Virus record (IMG/VR): IMGVR_UViG_3300028394_002328
Coordinates: 124,001-188,000 of that record
Length of the DNA stretch: 64,000 nt
Reading direction: 5' to 3' (one strand)
Shown here: piece after piece, positions 37,450 through 46,660 of the stretch
Layout: each line of letters opens with the position of its first letter
Position numbering within the stretch: the stretch's first letter is position 1
The notes under the pieces: model-generated
The model's input: the letters and a program-made list of their open reading frames with translations, nothing else
What the model was told of the DNA's origin: nothing
The model's database searches: none
Made by a program: the position numbers and the translations under genes

Positions 37450-39276
37450 GTGGCCACGCTAAAGAATACAACTATTAACGATACCGGGTTTGTTACATTA
37501 CCAGTTGGTAATACAGTACAACGACCTGATACTCCAACAGTTGGAATGATGAGATATAACTCAACTAGTGGCTATGCTGAAGTTTATACTAGTGGTGGTT
37601 GGGCTATTTTTGGTTCTTCTCCACCATCTATTAGCACTATATCACCTGGCACTTATAGTGGTGAACAAGGTACATCTTTTACTATTAATGGTGCTAACTT
37701 TAGTAATGATGCCACAGTTAAATTTATTGATGTAAATAATACTGAATACAATGCTGCTGTTGTTACTTTTGTTAATAGCAGCCAATTAACTGCTACAACT
37801 CCCCAAGATTTTACTATAGCACAGGGTCCACTTGATGTTAAAGTATCACAGGCTAGTGGTACAGTTACCAAATTAGATTGTATTGACACGGGCGGAAGTC
37901 CTGGATGGGTTACTACTGCTGGTCAAATAGGTGGTACTATTTATAGAAATGGATCAGTTAGCGTAACTGTTTCAGCCACAGATCCTGACTCAGGTGCTAC
38001 GGTTACTTATTCAGTGTATTCAGGCGCACTTCCATCTGGGTTATCTCTAAACGCAAGCACTGGTGCTATTACAGGGACTGCTCCCAATGTAGGCAGTGAT
38101 ACAACTTACAATTTTACATTGCGAGCAACTGACAACGCAGGTAATACATCTGACCGTGCGTTTAGTATGGTAATATTACAGGGCGCACCTGGAGCACCTA
38201 CTATAGGTACTGCTACTGCAACAAGCGCAACAACTGCAACCGTAGTATTTACGGCACCTGCTAATACAGGTGGAAGTACAATTACTAGTTACACTGCTGT
38301 GTCAAGTCCAAGTAGTATTACCGGTACACTAAGTCAAGCTGGTTCAGGTACTATTACAGTTAGTGGATTAGCTGCTGGTACAAGTTACACCTTTACTGTA
38401 TATGCTACTAATTCGTATGGTAATAGTACTAGTAGTTCGGCAAGTAACAGTATAACAACAAATCAAGTAGCACCATCAACAGTTGAATACTTAGTGCTTG
38501 CAGGCGGTGCTGGTGGTGGAACTAATCACGCAGGTGGTGGTGGTGCAGGTGGTATGTTGACTTCTACATTATCGGTTTCAGCGAGTACTAATTATACAGT
38601 TACAGTTGGTGGTTCTGGAACAGGCGGAATTGGTGGATATGGTAATAGAGGAACTAATGGTTCAACTAGTCAATTTGCTAGTATTAGTACAACAGGTGGT
38701 GGCGGCGGCGGTGGCAGAGGCGGAGGTCCTGGTATTGCTGGCGGATCAGGTGGTGGCGGTGGCGGAGGTAGCGGAGATGAAGGATACGGAGGCACTACTG
38801 ATGCAAGCCAAGGTTATAGAGGTGGCCAAGCAGTTGACTTATATGGAGCTGGCGGCGGCGGCGCCGGCGGTCAAGGTGGTGATAGATCCGGATCTAGCGG
38901 TGGAGCCGGTGGATCGGCAGCGTATAGTAGCATAACAGGCACATCTACCGCTTATGGTGGTGGAGGTGGTGGAGGTGGCTATGGTAGTGGAACAGCTACA
39001 GCCGGTGGATCTGGTATTGGCGGAAATGGTGGTGATGGTAATTCAGGAACTCCTGGTTATTCAGCACCATATGCTAACACAGGATCTGGTGGAGGCGGCG
39101 GCGGTCCTGCTTGGGGAGCCGGCGGAAATGGATCATCCGGAGTTGTAATCATAGCCTATCCAAATACATTTAAAACACTATCTTCAATTGGCGGTGGATT
39201 AAGTTACGATCAACCAAGTAGATCAGGTTATAGGGTATATCGCTTTACCGGTGGCACAGGTTCAATAAGTTGGTAA
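37450..39276 (+). CDS. Modular adhesin 1: LPxG..QRP anchor, IPT/TIG, He_PIG, FN3, glycine-rich tip
   Basis: Domains readable in the translation; ends GYRVYRFTGGTGSISW. Confidence 0.8.
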   Translation: MATLKNTTINDTGFVTLPVGNTVQRPDTPTVGMMRYNSTSGYAEVYTSGGWAIFGSSPPSISTISPGTYSGEQGTSFTINGANFSNDATVKFIDVNNTEYNAAVVTFVNSSQLTATTPQDFTIAQGPLDVKVSQASGTVTKLDCIDTGGSPGWVTTAGQIGGTIYRNGSVSVTVSATDPDSGATVTYSVYSGALPSGLSLNASTGAITGTAPNVGSDTTYNFTLRATDNAGNTSDRAFSMVILQGAPGAPTIGTATATSATTATVVFTAPANTGGSTITSYTAVSSPSSITGTLSQAGSGTITVSGLAAGTSYTFTVYATNSYGNSTSSSASNSITTNQVAPSTVEYLVLAGGAGGGTNHAGGGGAGGMLTSTLSVSASTNYTVTVGGSGTGGIGGYGNRGTNGSTSQFASISTTGGGGGGGRGGGPGIAGGSGGGGGGGSGDEGYGGTTDASQGYRGGQAVDLYGAGGGGAGGQGGDRSGSSGGAGGSAAYSSITGTSTAYGGGGGGGGYGSGTATAGGSGIGGNGGDGNSGTPGYSAPYANTGSGGGGGGPAWGAGGNGSSGVVIIAYPNTFKTLSSIGGGLSYDQPSRSGYRVYRFTGGTGSISW

Positions 39277-39279
39277 TAT

Positions 39280-40332
39280 ATGGCAACCCTTAAAAATTCA
39301 ACCATTAACGATACACAATTCTTTACATTGCCTGCAGGTACTACGGCACAACGGCCAGCTAGCCCTGTACAGGGCATGACACGCTATAATACAACATTAG
39401 GTTATATTGAGTGGTACGATAGTGTAAGTGCAACATGGCGACCTATCTATCAAAGTCCAAGTATTGAAGTAACTTATTTAGTAGTTGGTAGTGGCGGAGG
39501 CGGCGGAGGTGGCTTTAGTACAGATGCCGCAGGTGGAGGTGGAGGTGCCGGCGCATATATAGAAGGCACTGAGTATCTAGTGTCAGGCACCTCCAAAATA
39601 ATTACTGTTGCAGCCGGTGGTGAAGGTGGTGCAGGTTCTGTTGGTGTTAGAGGTGGTGTTGGTAGTAACACAGTGTATGGTAGTGTCACTGCTAATGGTG
39701 GCGCAGGTGGTGGAACATATAGTGGAAACCCTGCTTATAATCAGGGTATGGATGGCACCAGTAATGGCAATGCATCTGGATCTGGTGGTGCAGGTGCGGG
39801 ATCTGCAACAAATCCAGGAGGAGCCGGGGGAGCATACGGAAATGCAGGTGGATCGCACACGGGTACAGGACAAAGTAACAAATCTACATCATGCGGTGGT
39901 GGGGGTGGGGCAGGCGCAGCAGGTGGAAATGGTACTGCAAATAGCACCGGCGGTGCAGGTGGTATCGGAAAATTAAGCGCTATGACAGGTTTGTATTATG
40001 CTGGTGGAGGTGGAGGTGGTTCTACACAGGGATCAACTGCACAAGGTGGTAATGGAGGTGGCGGTAATGCCGGAGCACCCCCTGGAACTGGTGGAGGGGG
40101 TAATAATGGTTCTGCTGGAACGACAAATCGCGGAGGAGGCGGTGGGGGAGCCAGTGCAGGTAGTGTAACTGTTACAGGTGGAAACGGTGGAAGTGGGGTC
40201 GTAATATTAAGAATAGGCGCTAGTTATATTGTGACTATCGGTGTTGGATTATCATATTCACTAGATACTTCAAATCCAGTATATAAAATTTATACGTTTA
40301 CCTCAGGAACAGGCACAATAACATTTAGTTAA
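39280..40332 (+). CDS. Adhesin 2: anchor plus one glycine-rich domain
   Basis: MATLKNSTIND..LPAGTTAQRP; YLVVGSGGGGG..; ends YKIYTFTSGTGTITFS. Confidence 0.8.
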   Translation: MATLKNSTINDTQFFTLPAGTTAQRPASPVQGMTRYNTTLGYIEWYDSVSATWRPIYQSPSIEVTYLVVGSGGGGGGGFSTDAAGGGGGAGAYIEGTEYLVSGTSKIITVAAGGEGGAGSVGVRGGVGSNTVYGSVTANGGAGGGTYSGNPAYNQGMDGTSNGNASGSGGAGAGSATNPGGAGGAYGNAGGSHTGTGQSNKSTSCGGGGGAGAAGGNGTANSTGGAGGIGKLSAMTGLYYAGGGGGGSTQGSTAQGGNGGGGNAGAPPGTGGGGNNGSAGTTNRGGGGGGASAGSVTVTGGNGGSGVVILRIGASYIVTIGVGLSYSLDTSNPVYKIYTFTSGTGTITFS

Positions 40333-40349
40333 TTAAAAAGGAGAAAAAA

Positions 40350-40718
40350 ATGGCACATTATGCTTTTTTAGATGAAAATTATGTAGTAACAGAAGTTATA
40401 GTTGGTAAAGACGAAAGCAACTTTGATTGGGAAAGACACTATGGTGATTTCCGTGGTCAATTGTGTAAGCGTACTAGTTATAACACAATAGGTGGACAAC
40501 ACACATTAGGTGGACAACCTTATAGAAAAAATTATGCAGGCATAGGTTATACTTATGATCCACAGCGTGATGCTTTCATTCCACCTCAACCATATCCAAG
40601 TTGGACATTAAACGAGGATACTTGTAATTGGGATCCATATAAACCATATCCTAGTGATGGTGGTAGATATACTTGGGATGAAGATCAATTAGATTGGATA
40701 GCAGTACCTACTGAATAA
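40350..40718 (+). CDS. Small aromatic-rich 'MAHYAF' protein 1 (unknown function)
   Basis: Strong SD AGGAG; MAHYAFLDEN.VV.EVIVG..KRTSYNT..YRKNYAGIGYTYD..RDAFIPPQPYPSW. Confidence 0.85.
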   Translation: MAHYAFLDENYVVTEVIVGKDESNFDWERHYGDFRGQLCKRTSYNTIGGQHTLGGQPYRKNYAGIGYTYDPQRDAFIPPQPYPSWTLNEDTCNWDPYKPYPSDGGRYTWDEDQLDWIAVPTE

Positions 40719-40725
40719 TATGTAA

Positions 40726-43434
40726 ATGGCCACCCTTAAAAACACTACAGTAAACGATACTGGTTACTTACAGTTACCAGTTGGTACAACTGATCAAAGA
40801 CCAGTTAGCCCCGCCAACGGCTATACTAGATACAATACCGACTTGCGTGTAGTAGAATATTATGATGCTAACTACAGTAGTTGGATGAGTGTAGTAAGTG
40901 GTGCTAGTGGTACTACACTTAGTGTTGATTTTCTTGTGGTAGCCGGGGGTGGAGGTGGCGGGTTTGACGTATCTGGTGCTGGTGGTGCAGGCGGATTGAG
41001 AACCAGTGCAGGAACCAGTGGCGGTGGTGCCTCAGCCGAAAATGTAGTAACAGCTACCGTTGGCACTGCATATACTGTTACTGTAGGCAGCGGAGGTGCC
41101 GGAAACACATCATCAGGTGTTGGCACCAATGGTAGTAATTCTGTTTTTGGTTCTATTACCGCAATTGGTGGGGGTGGCGGTGGCGGTGCTGCTTACGCAG
41201 GTGTTGCTGGAGGCAGTGGCGGTGGCGGTGGCGCCGGGGCTACTTACACTGGCGGTTTGGGCACAGCCAGTCAAGGGTACGTTGGCGGTACCAGTTATCA
41301 AGCAGGCACCAATTACAGTGCTGGTGGCGGTGGTGGGTCGGGTTCTGTCAGCTCTGCTGCGTCAGCAAGTAAAGGTGGCGACGGTGGGGCAGGAACTGCT
41401 TCTACAATTACTGGCAGTGCAGTAACATATGCTGGTGGAGGTGGAGGTGGATTCTTAAGTACCGCCGGTGCTGCTTCTGCCAGCTCTCGTGGCATAGGTG
41501 CTGCTGGTGGTGGTTCAGGTGGGGTTAGTAGTAGTACTACAATAGTATTTTCATCAACCTCTGCTACATCAAATACAGGTAGTGGCGGCGGTGGCAGTGG
41601 TTGGACCAATGGATCAAATGGGTCGGGTGGTTCGGGTGGTTCAGGTATAGTTGTACTCAAATTCCCAGCTGCATTCTATTTGACAGCCGATGCAGGATTG
41701 ACTAGTAGCGTGGTTACTAGTGGTGCTTATAAGATTGCTACATTCACTGCTGGCACGGGCCCAGTTTATTTTAGTAATACTTCGCCACTTGATGTAAGTT
41801 ATTTAGTGGTTGCTGGTGGCGGTGGATCAGGTGGTCCTGGCAATAGATCAGCTTATACTAATTCTTCAGCATGGTCAGGTGGAGGTGGCGCTGGTGGGTT
41901 ACTAACTGGAACTATTAGCACTATACTTTTAGGGGCCAGTTATACAGTTACAGTTGGTGCTGGTGGGTCAGTAGACAATAATGGAACAAATAGCGTGTTT
42001 AATACATACACCGCTATAGGGGGCGGAGCCGGCGGTGATTCATCTACTGGGGGAGATAACGGTAATAGTGGTGGCTCAGGTGGAGGAGGAGGCGGAGACG
42101 TTGCAACCTCAGGCGGATCGGCTACCGCAGGACAAGGTTACGCAGGTGGAGCTGGACAAGACCTTTCGCCAGAATCTGGAGGTGGCGGTGGAGGCGCCGG
42201 GGGTGTTGGCAATCCAGGCACAACAACAGGAGCAGGTGGTGTTGGATATGCAAGTTCTATTACAGGTACTTCTACTTACTACGCAGGTGGAGGCGGTGGT
42301 GGTGCAGGAGTCGGAACACGAACTACCAATACTGGTGGATTAGGTGGAGGTGGAAATGGTACTACTGTTGCATACGGTTCGACTTCAACAGCTACTCCTG
42401 GTACACCAAATACTGGTGGTGGTGGCGGAGCAGGTCCAACAGCAGGTGGATCCGGTGTAGTCATACTAGCATACGCATCTAATTATTATATTAATGTTGG
42501 CTCAGGTCTAACAGCAGACACAAGTTTGTCAAATGGTGTTAAATATACCAAATTCACAGCAGGTACTGGCTCAATTTCATTTACTACTAGTCCCACTTTT
42601 ACAGTAGATTATCTAGTAGTTGCTGGTGGAGGTAGTGGTGCTACATATACACCTAGCAGTGGTTATGCTAGTGGTAATACAGGTAGTGCTAGTGTTTTTA
42701 ACATTATAACCGCATCAGGTGGAGGTTATGGAGGAGCTTGGAACGCTGCTAGTGGCACTGTAGGAGGAGCAGGTGGTTCCGGTGGTGGCGGCGGTCCTAT
42801 AAATGTAGCAAATCAATCAATAGCAGGCGGAGCTGGCACTGCTGGTCAAGGTTATGCAGGTGGTTCAGGAGTATACACTGGTTCAGCTTATGTAAGCGGT
42901 GGAGGTGGTGGTGCTGGTGGTATTGGTGGTAATGGATCAGGAAGCACATGTGGTGCTGGTGGTGTTGGATATGGTAGTGCGATCAATGGCACCCTTACTT
43001 ATTATGCTGGTGGTGGTGGGGGAGGTACGGCAATCGGTTCTGCTGGAGCAGGTGGAAATGGAGGTGGAGGTGCAGGTGGTAGAGGCGCGAATGGTACATC
43101 CGGTACTCCTAACACCGGAGGTGGCGGGGGTGGCGCAGATTCTGGAATAGGTGCTGGTAATGGTGGAGGTGGCGCCGGTGGATTGTTAGCCAATGTCGCT
43201 TCTAACTTGTCTACCGGTGTTTCATATACTGTAACTATTGGGGCAGGTGCAGCATCGGTTGGTACTGGCACAGGTACTAGTGGCGCAGGTGGTTCAGGTA
43301 TCGTCATACTGCGTGTACCAAGTAATTACTCAGCGACCTTCTCAGGTGGATTAACTACTAGTCTAAGCACTTCAGTAACCGGTTATAAAACCTACACAGT
43401 AACAGCCGGCACTGGTACGGTAACCTTTAGTTAA
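40726..43434 (+). CDS. Adhesin 3: anchor plus three tandem glycine-rich domains
   Basis: Three (V/Y)LVVAGGG..GSGIV(V/I)L..FTAGTG units; ends YKTYTVTAGTGTVTFS. Confidence 0.8.
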   Translation: MATLKNTTVNDTGYLQLPVGTTDQRPVSPANGYTRYNTDLRVVEYYDANYSSWMSVVSGASGTTLSVDFLVVAGGGGGGFDVSGAGGAGGLRTSAGTSGGGASAENVVTATVGTAYTVTVGSGGAGNTSSGVGTNGSNSVFGSITAIGGGGGGGAAYAGVAGGSGGGGGAGATYTGGLGTASQGYVGGTSYQAGTNYSAGGGGGSGSVSSAASASKGGDGGAGTASTITGSAVTYAGGGGGGFLSTAGAASASSRGIGAAGGGSGGVSSSTTIVFSSTSATSNTGSGGGGSGWTNGSNGSGGSGGSGIVVLKFPAAFYLTADAGLTSSVVTSGAYKIATFTAGTGPVYFSNTSPLDVSYLVVAGGGGSGGPGNRSAYTNSSAWSGGGGAGGLLTGTISTILLGASYTVTVGAGGSVDNNGTNSVFNTYTAIGGGAGGDSSTGGDNGNSGGSGGGGGGDVATSGGSATAGQGYAGGAGQDLSPESGGGGGGAGGVGNPGTTTGAGGVGYASSITGTSTYYAGGGGGGAGVGTRTTNTGGLGGGGNGTTVAYGSTSTATPGTPNTGGGGGAGPTAGGSGVVILAYASNYYINVGSGLTADTSLSNGVKYTKFTAGTGSISFTTSPTFTVDYLVVAGGGSGATYTPSSGYASGNTGSASVFNIITASGGGYGGAWNAASGTVGGAGGSGGGGGPINVANQSIAGGAGTAGQGYAGGSGVYTGSAYVSGGGGGAGGIGGNGSGSTCGAGGVGYGSAINGTLTYYAGGGGGGTAIGSAGAGGNGGGGAGGRGANGTSGTPNTGGGGGGADSGIGAGNGGGGAGGLLANVASNLSTGVSYTVTIGAGAASVGTGTGTSGAGGSGIVILRVPSNYSATFSGGLTTSLSTSVTGYKTYTVTAGTGTVTFS

Positions 43435-43444
43435 AGAGTAAAAA

Positions 43445-44050
43445 ATGGCACATTATGCTTTCTTAAATGAATATTTGATTGTTACAGAAGTTATCACTGG
43501 ATTAGATGAAAATAACTATGATTGGGAAACTCATTATGGTAATTTTCGTAGACAACTTTGTAAACGCACTAGTTACAATACATACGGTGGTGTACATAAT
43601 CTAGGTGGCACACCATATAGAAAAAACTATGCTGGTATTGGTTTTAGTTATGACCCACAGCGTGATGCGTTTATACCACCAAAACCAAATGATTATTGGT
43701 TGTTGAACGAAGAAACATGCTTATGGGAAGAACCCTCACCAACAAATTGTGAAGGTGTTTACTTTGCTAGGTTAGATGAAGATAATATTGTTCAACAATT
43801 ATTTTATGTTAAAAATTCTGATACTTCACTCGATGGTGTTATAAACGAAAACATAGGATTAGCATTCTGTAGAAGTGTTTTTGGTAGTGATACAAATTGG
43901 AAGCAAACTAGTCACGATCCACATTTTAGATTTCATTTTGGTGATATTGGCTATAGTTATGATGAAAACTATGATGCTTTTATACCACCTCAACCCGATC
44001 CAAATTGGGTATTAGACTATGATACATTCACTTGGTATTCACCTAGATAA
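43445..44050 (+). CDS. 'MAHYAF' protein 2, tandem two-domain version
   Basis: First half closely parallels 40350; second half (YFARLDEDNIV..WKQTS..GYSYDENYDAFIPPQP) is a second copy of the domain. Confidence 0.85.
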   Translation: MAHYAFLNEYLIVTEVITGLDENNYDWETHYGNFRRQLCKRTSYNTYGGVHNLGGTPYRKNYAGIGFSYDPQRDAFIPPKPNDYWLLNEETCLWEEPSPTNCEGVYFARLDEDNIVQQLFYVKNSDTSLDGVINENIGLAFCRSVFGSDTNWKQTSHDPHFRFHFGDIGYSYDENYDAFIPPQPDPNWVLDYDTFTWYSPR

Positions 44051-44055
44051 AGACA

Positions 44056-44061
44056 TAAATA
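44056..44061 (+). promoter_or_regulatory. Late promoter core, 4 nt before ATG
   Basis: CATAAATA-CAGT-ATG(44066), no SD. Confidence 0.65.
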
Positions 44062-44065
44062 CAGT

Positions 44066-46645
44066 ATGTCAGGAAATATCACCCAAATAGAACCGTTTAA
44101 CCTAAACAATGCTGGAAGTTATACTTTCGGCAATGCTACCGTAACCGGTAATACTGATTTAGGGATAGTAGGCAATGTTACTATTACAGGTGGTACTAGT
44201 GGTTATATATTACAAACTGATGGATCAGGTAATTTAAGTTGGGTCAACCCAGTAGATACATCAGGGTACAGTGGCGCTAGCGGCTATTCAGGTGTCAGTG
44301 GCTATAGTGGTATTTCAGGATACACCGGTATAAGTGGTTACACTGGAGTATCAGGGTATACAGGCGTAAGTGGTGTTAGTGGATACACTGGGGTCAGTGG
44401 ATACACTGGGGTCAGTGGATATAGTGGTGCATCAGGTTCTAGTGGATATTACGGACAAGATGGAGCTAGTGGTTATTCAGGTGTAAGCGGATATACTGGA
44501 GTAAGTGGTTACACAGGTACTAGTGGATACACTGGAATTAGTGGCTATACTGGTACTAGTGGTACTTCAGGTTATACTGGTGCAAGTGGATACACTGGAA
44601 TTAGTGGCTATACAGGTGCATCAGGCACAAGTGGATACACCGGAGTCAGTGGTTATTCAGGTGGTACAGGTAGTAATGGGGCTAGTGGTTATTCAGGGGT
44701 ATCAGGATTCTCTGGATTTAACGCTAATGTAACTTATTCAAGTACTCCACCTGTTAGTCCTCATATAGGTGATTTGTGGGTTAACTCTGATACAGCAGTT
44801 TTGACAATGTACTTCAATGATGGGGTATCAAACAATTGGGCAGAATTAGAAGCAGCACAATCATTTAGTACATCAGGTAGCAGTGGATATTCAGGTTATA
44901 GTGGACTAGGTATAAGTGGTTATAGCGGTTACTCAGGTGGTACTGGTAGTAATGGAGTTAGTGGCTATTCAGGTATAAGTGGATATAGCGGCGGTACTGG
45001 TAGTAATGGTGCTAGTGGTTACTCAGGAATAAGTGGTTATTCAGGTGGCACTGGTAGTAATGGTGCTAGTGGTTATTCAGGAACTAGTGGAGCTACTGGA
45101 CCAAGTTCTATTACAGCAATCAACAATCAACAAAATACAGGTACTGGTGCATTAGGTTTACCAGTTGGAACTACGGCAGAAAGACCCGCTACTGCGTATA
45201 ATGGATATACTAGAATCAATACTAGTACAACCTTTATGGAAATTTACTATAATGGAAATTGGATTAGTGCAGTATCATTGATAACTGCGCCGAACGCACC
45301 AACAATTGGTACTGCTACAGTAGTGAGTTCAACTAGTGCTACTGTCACATACACTGCTCCAGCATACGATGGTGGAGCAACAATTACTAGTTACACGGCT
45401 GTTAGTAGCCCGGGAAATATTACAGGAACATTAAGTCAAGCAGGGTCAGGTACTATTACTGTTAATGGATTGACTACTGGTACTGCTTACACATTTACTG
45501 TATATGCTACTAATAGTGTCGGAAATAGCGTTGCAAGTAGTGCAAGCAACAGTATTACAACTTGGTCAGTACCTGGTGCACCTACTATCGGTACTGCTAC
45601 CGCCACTGGGACAACAACGGCAACAGTTACATTTACTGCACCTGCTAGTAATGGCGGTACAGCGATTACTCAGTATATTGCTACATCAAGTCCAGGTAGT
45701 GTCACTGGAACATTAAGTCAAGCAGGGTCAGGCACTATTAGTATTAGTGGACTAACTCAAGGTACAAGTTATACATTTACAGTTAAAGCGGTTAATGCTG
45801 TTGGTCAAAGTGCTGCAAGTAGTGCAAGTAATAGTATAACTACACAATCTGCAACACCTACATCAGTTGAATATCTAGTGGTTGCTGGTGGAGGTGGTGG
45901 AGGTGGTGCATCTGGTGGTAGAGGTGGCGGTGGAGGTGCAGGCGGAATGTTAACCAGCACTCTATCTGTTTCAGCAAGTACTGCATACACTGTAACCGTT
46001 GGCGGTGGCGGACCTGGTAGTAATTTAACTGCAGGACGAGGATCTAATGGAACAGCTAGTCAATTTGCTTCGATTAGTACAGTAGGAGGAGGAGGTGGCG
46101 CCGGTGACGACGGTGGAGGTATTGGTTATGGATCTGCTGGTGGATCCGGTGGTGGTGGCCATTATGATGGTGCTGGCGGTGCTGGCACAGCCGGACAAGG
46201 TAATAATGGTGGCTCTGGTATAACCAGTCCAAACTTTGGATCAGGCGGTGGCGGTGGCGCCGGAGCTGTTGGACAAAGTGGACAAACTTATAAAGGCGGC
46301 GATGGTGGTATAGGAAATCTATCTAGTATAACTGGTTCATCTACATACTATGCAGGCGGTGGTGGTGGCCAACTTAATGGCGGTACTGCTGGATCTGGCG
46401 GTGCAGGTGGTGGTGGTGCAGGTAACGGCCAAAATAATGGCTTTAGTAATACTGGAGGCGGTGGAGGTGGAAATGGCTCTGGTGGTACAGCAGGTGCCGG
46501 TGGTTCTGGAGTAGTTATCATTGCTTATCCTGACTCATACAATGCGCCTGCATCAATTTCCGGCGGATTAACTTACGATCAACCAAGCAGGTCAGGTTAT
46601 AGAGTGTATCGTTTCACACAAGGTACTGGTACTATTACTTGGTAA
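44066..46645 (+). CDS. Adhesin 4: Gly-X-Ser repeats, anchor motif, 2x FN3, glycine-rich tip
   Basis: Gly-X-Ser blocks at about 44264-44720 and 44870-45100; LPVGTTAERP; two APTIGTAT FN3 units; ends GYRVYRFTQGTGTITW. Confidence 0.8.
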   Translation: MSGNITQIEPFNLNNAGSYTFGNATVTGNTDLGIVGNVTITGGTSGYILQTDGSGNLSWVNPVDTSGYSGASGYSGVSGYSGISGYTGISGYTGVSGYTGVSGVSGYTGVSGYTGVSGYSGASGSSGYYGQDGASGYSGVSGYTGVSGYTGTSGYTGISGYTGTSGTSGYTGASGYTGISGYTGASGTSGYTGVSGYSGGTGSNGASGYSGVSGFSGFNANVTYSSTPPVSPHIGDLWVNSDTAVLTMYFNDGVSNNWAELEAAQSFSTSGSSGYSGYSGLGISGYSGYSGGTGSNGVSGYSGISGYSGGTGSNGASGYSGISGYSGGTGSNGASGYSGTSGATGPSSITAINNQQNTGTGALGLPVGTTAERPATAYNGYTRINTSTTFMEIYYNGNWISAVSLITAPNAPTIGTATVVSSTSATVTYTAPAYDGGATITSYTAVSSPGNITGTLSQAGSGTITVNGLTTGTAYTFTVYATNSVGNSVASSASNSITTWSVPGAPTIGTATATGTTTATVTFTAPASNGGTAITQYIATSSPGSVTGTLSQAGSGTISISGLTQGTSYTFTVKAVNAVGQSAASSASNSITTQSATPTSVEYLVVAGGGGGGGASGGRGGGGGAGGMLTSTLSVSASTAYTVTVGGGGPGSNLTAGRGSNGTASQFASISTVGGGGGAGDDGGGIGYGSAGGSGGGGHYDGAGGAGTAGQGNNGGSGITSPNFGSGGGGGAGAVGQSGQTYKGGDGGIGNLSSITGSSTYYAGGGGGQLNGGTAGSGGAGGGGAGNGQNNGFSNTGGGGGGNGSGGTAGAGGSGVVIIAYPDSYNAPASISGGLTYDQPSRSGYRVYRFTQGTGTITW

Positions 46646-46649
46646 ACAA

Positions 46650-46655
46650 TAAATA
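46650..46655 (+). promoter_or_regulatory. Late promoter core, 5 nt before ATG
   Basis: CAATAAATATAATCATG; near-identical copy at 48873. Confidence 0.7.
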
Positions 46656-46660
46656 TAATC

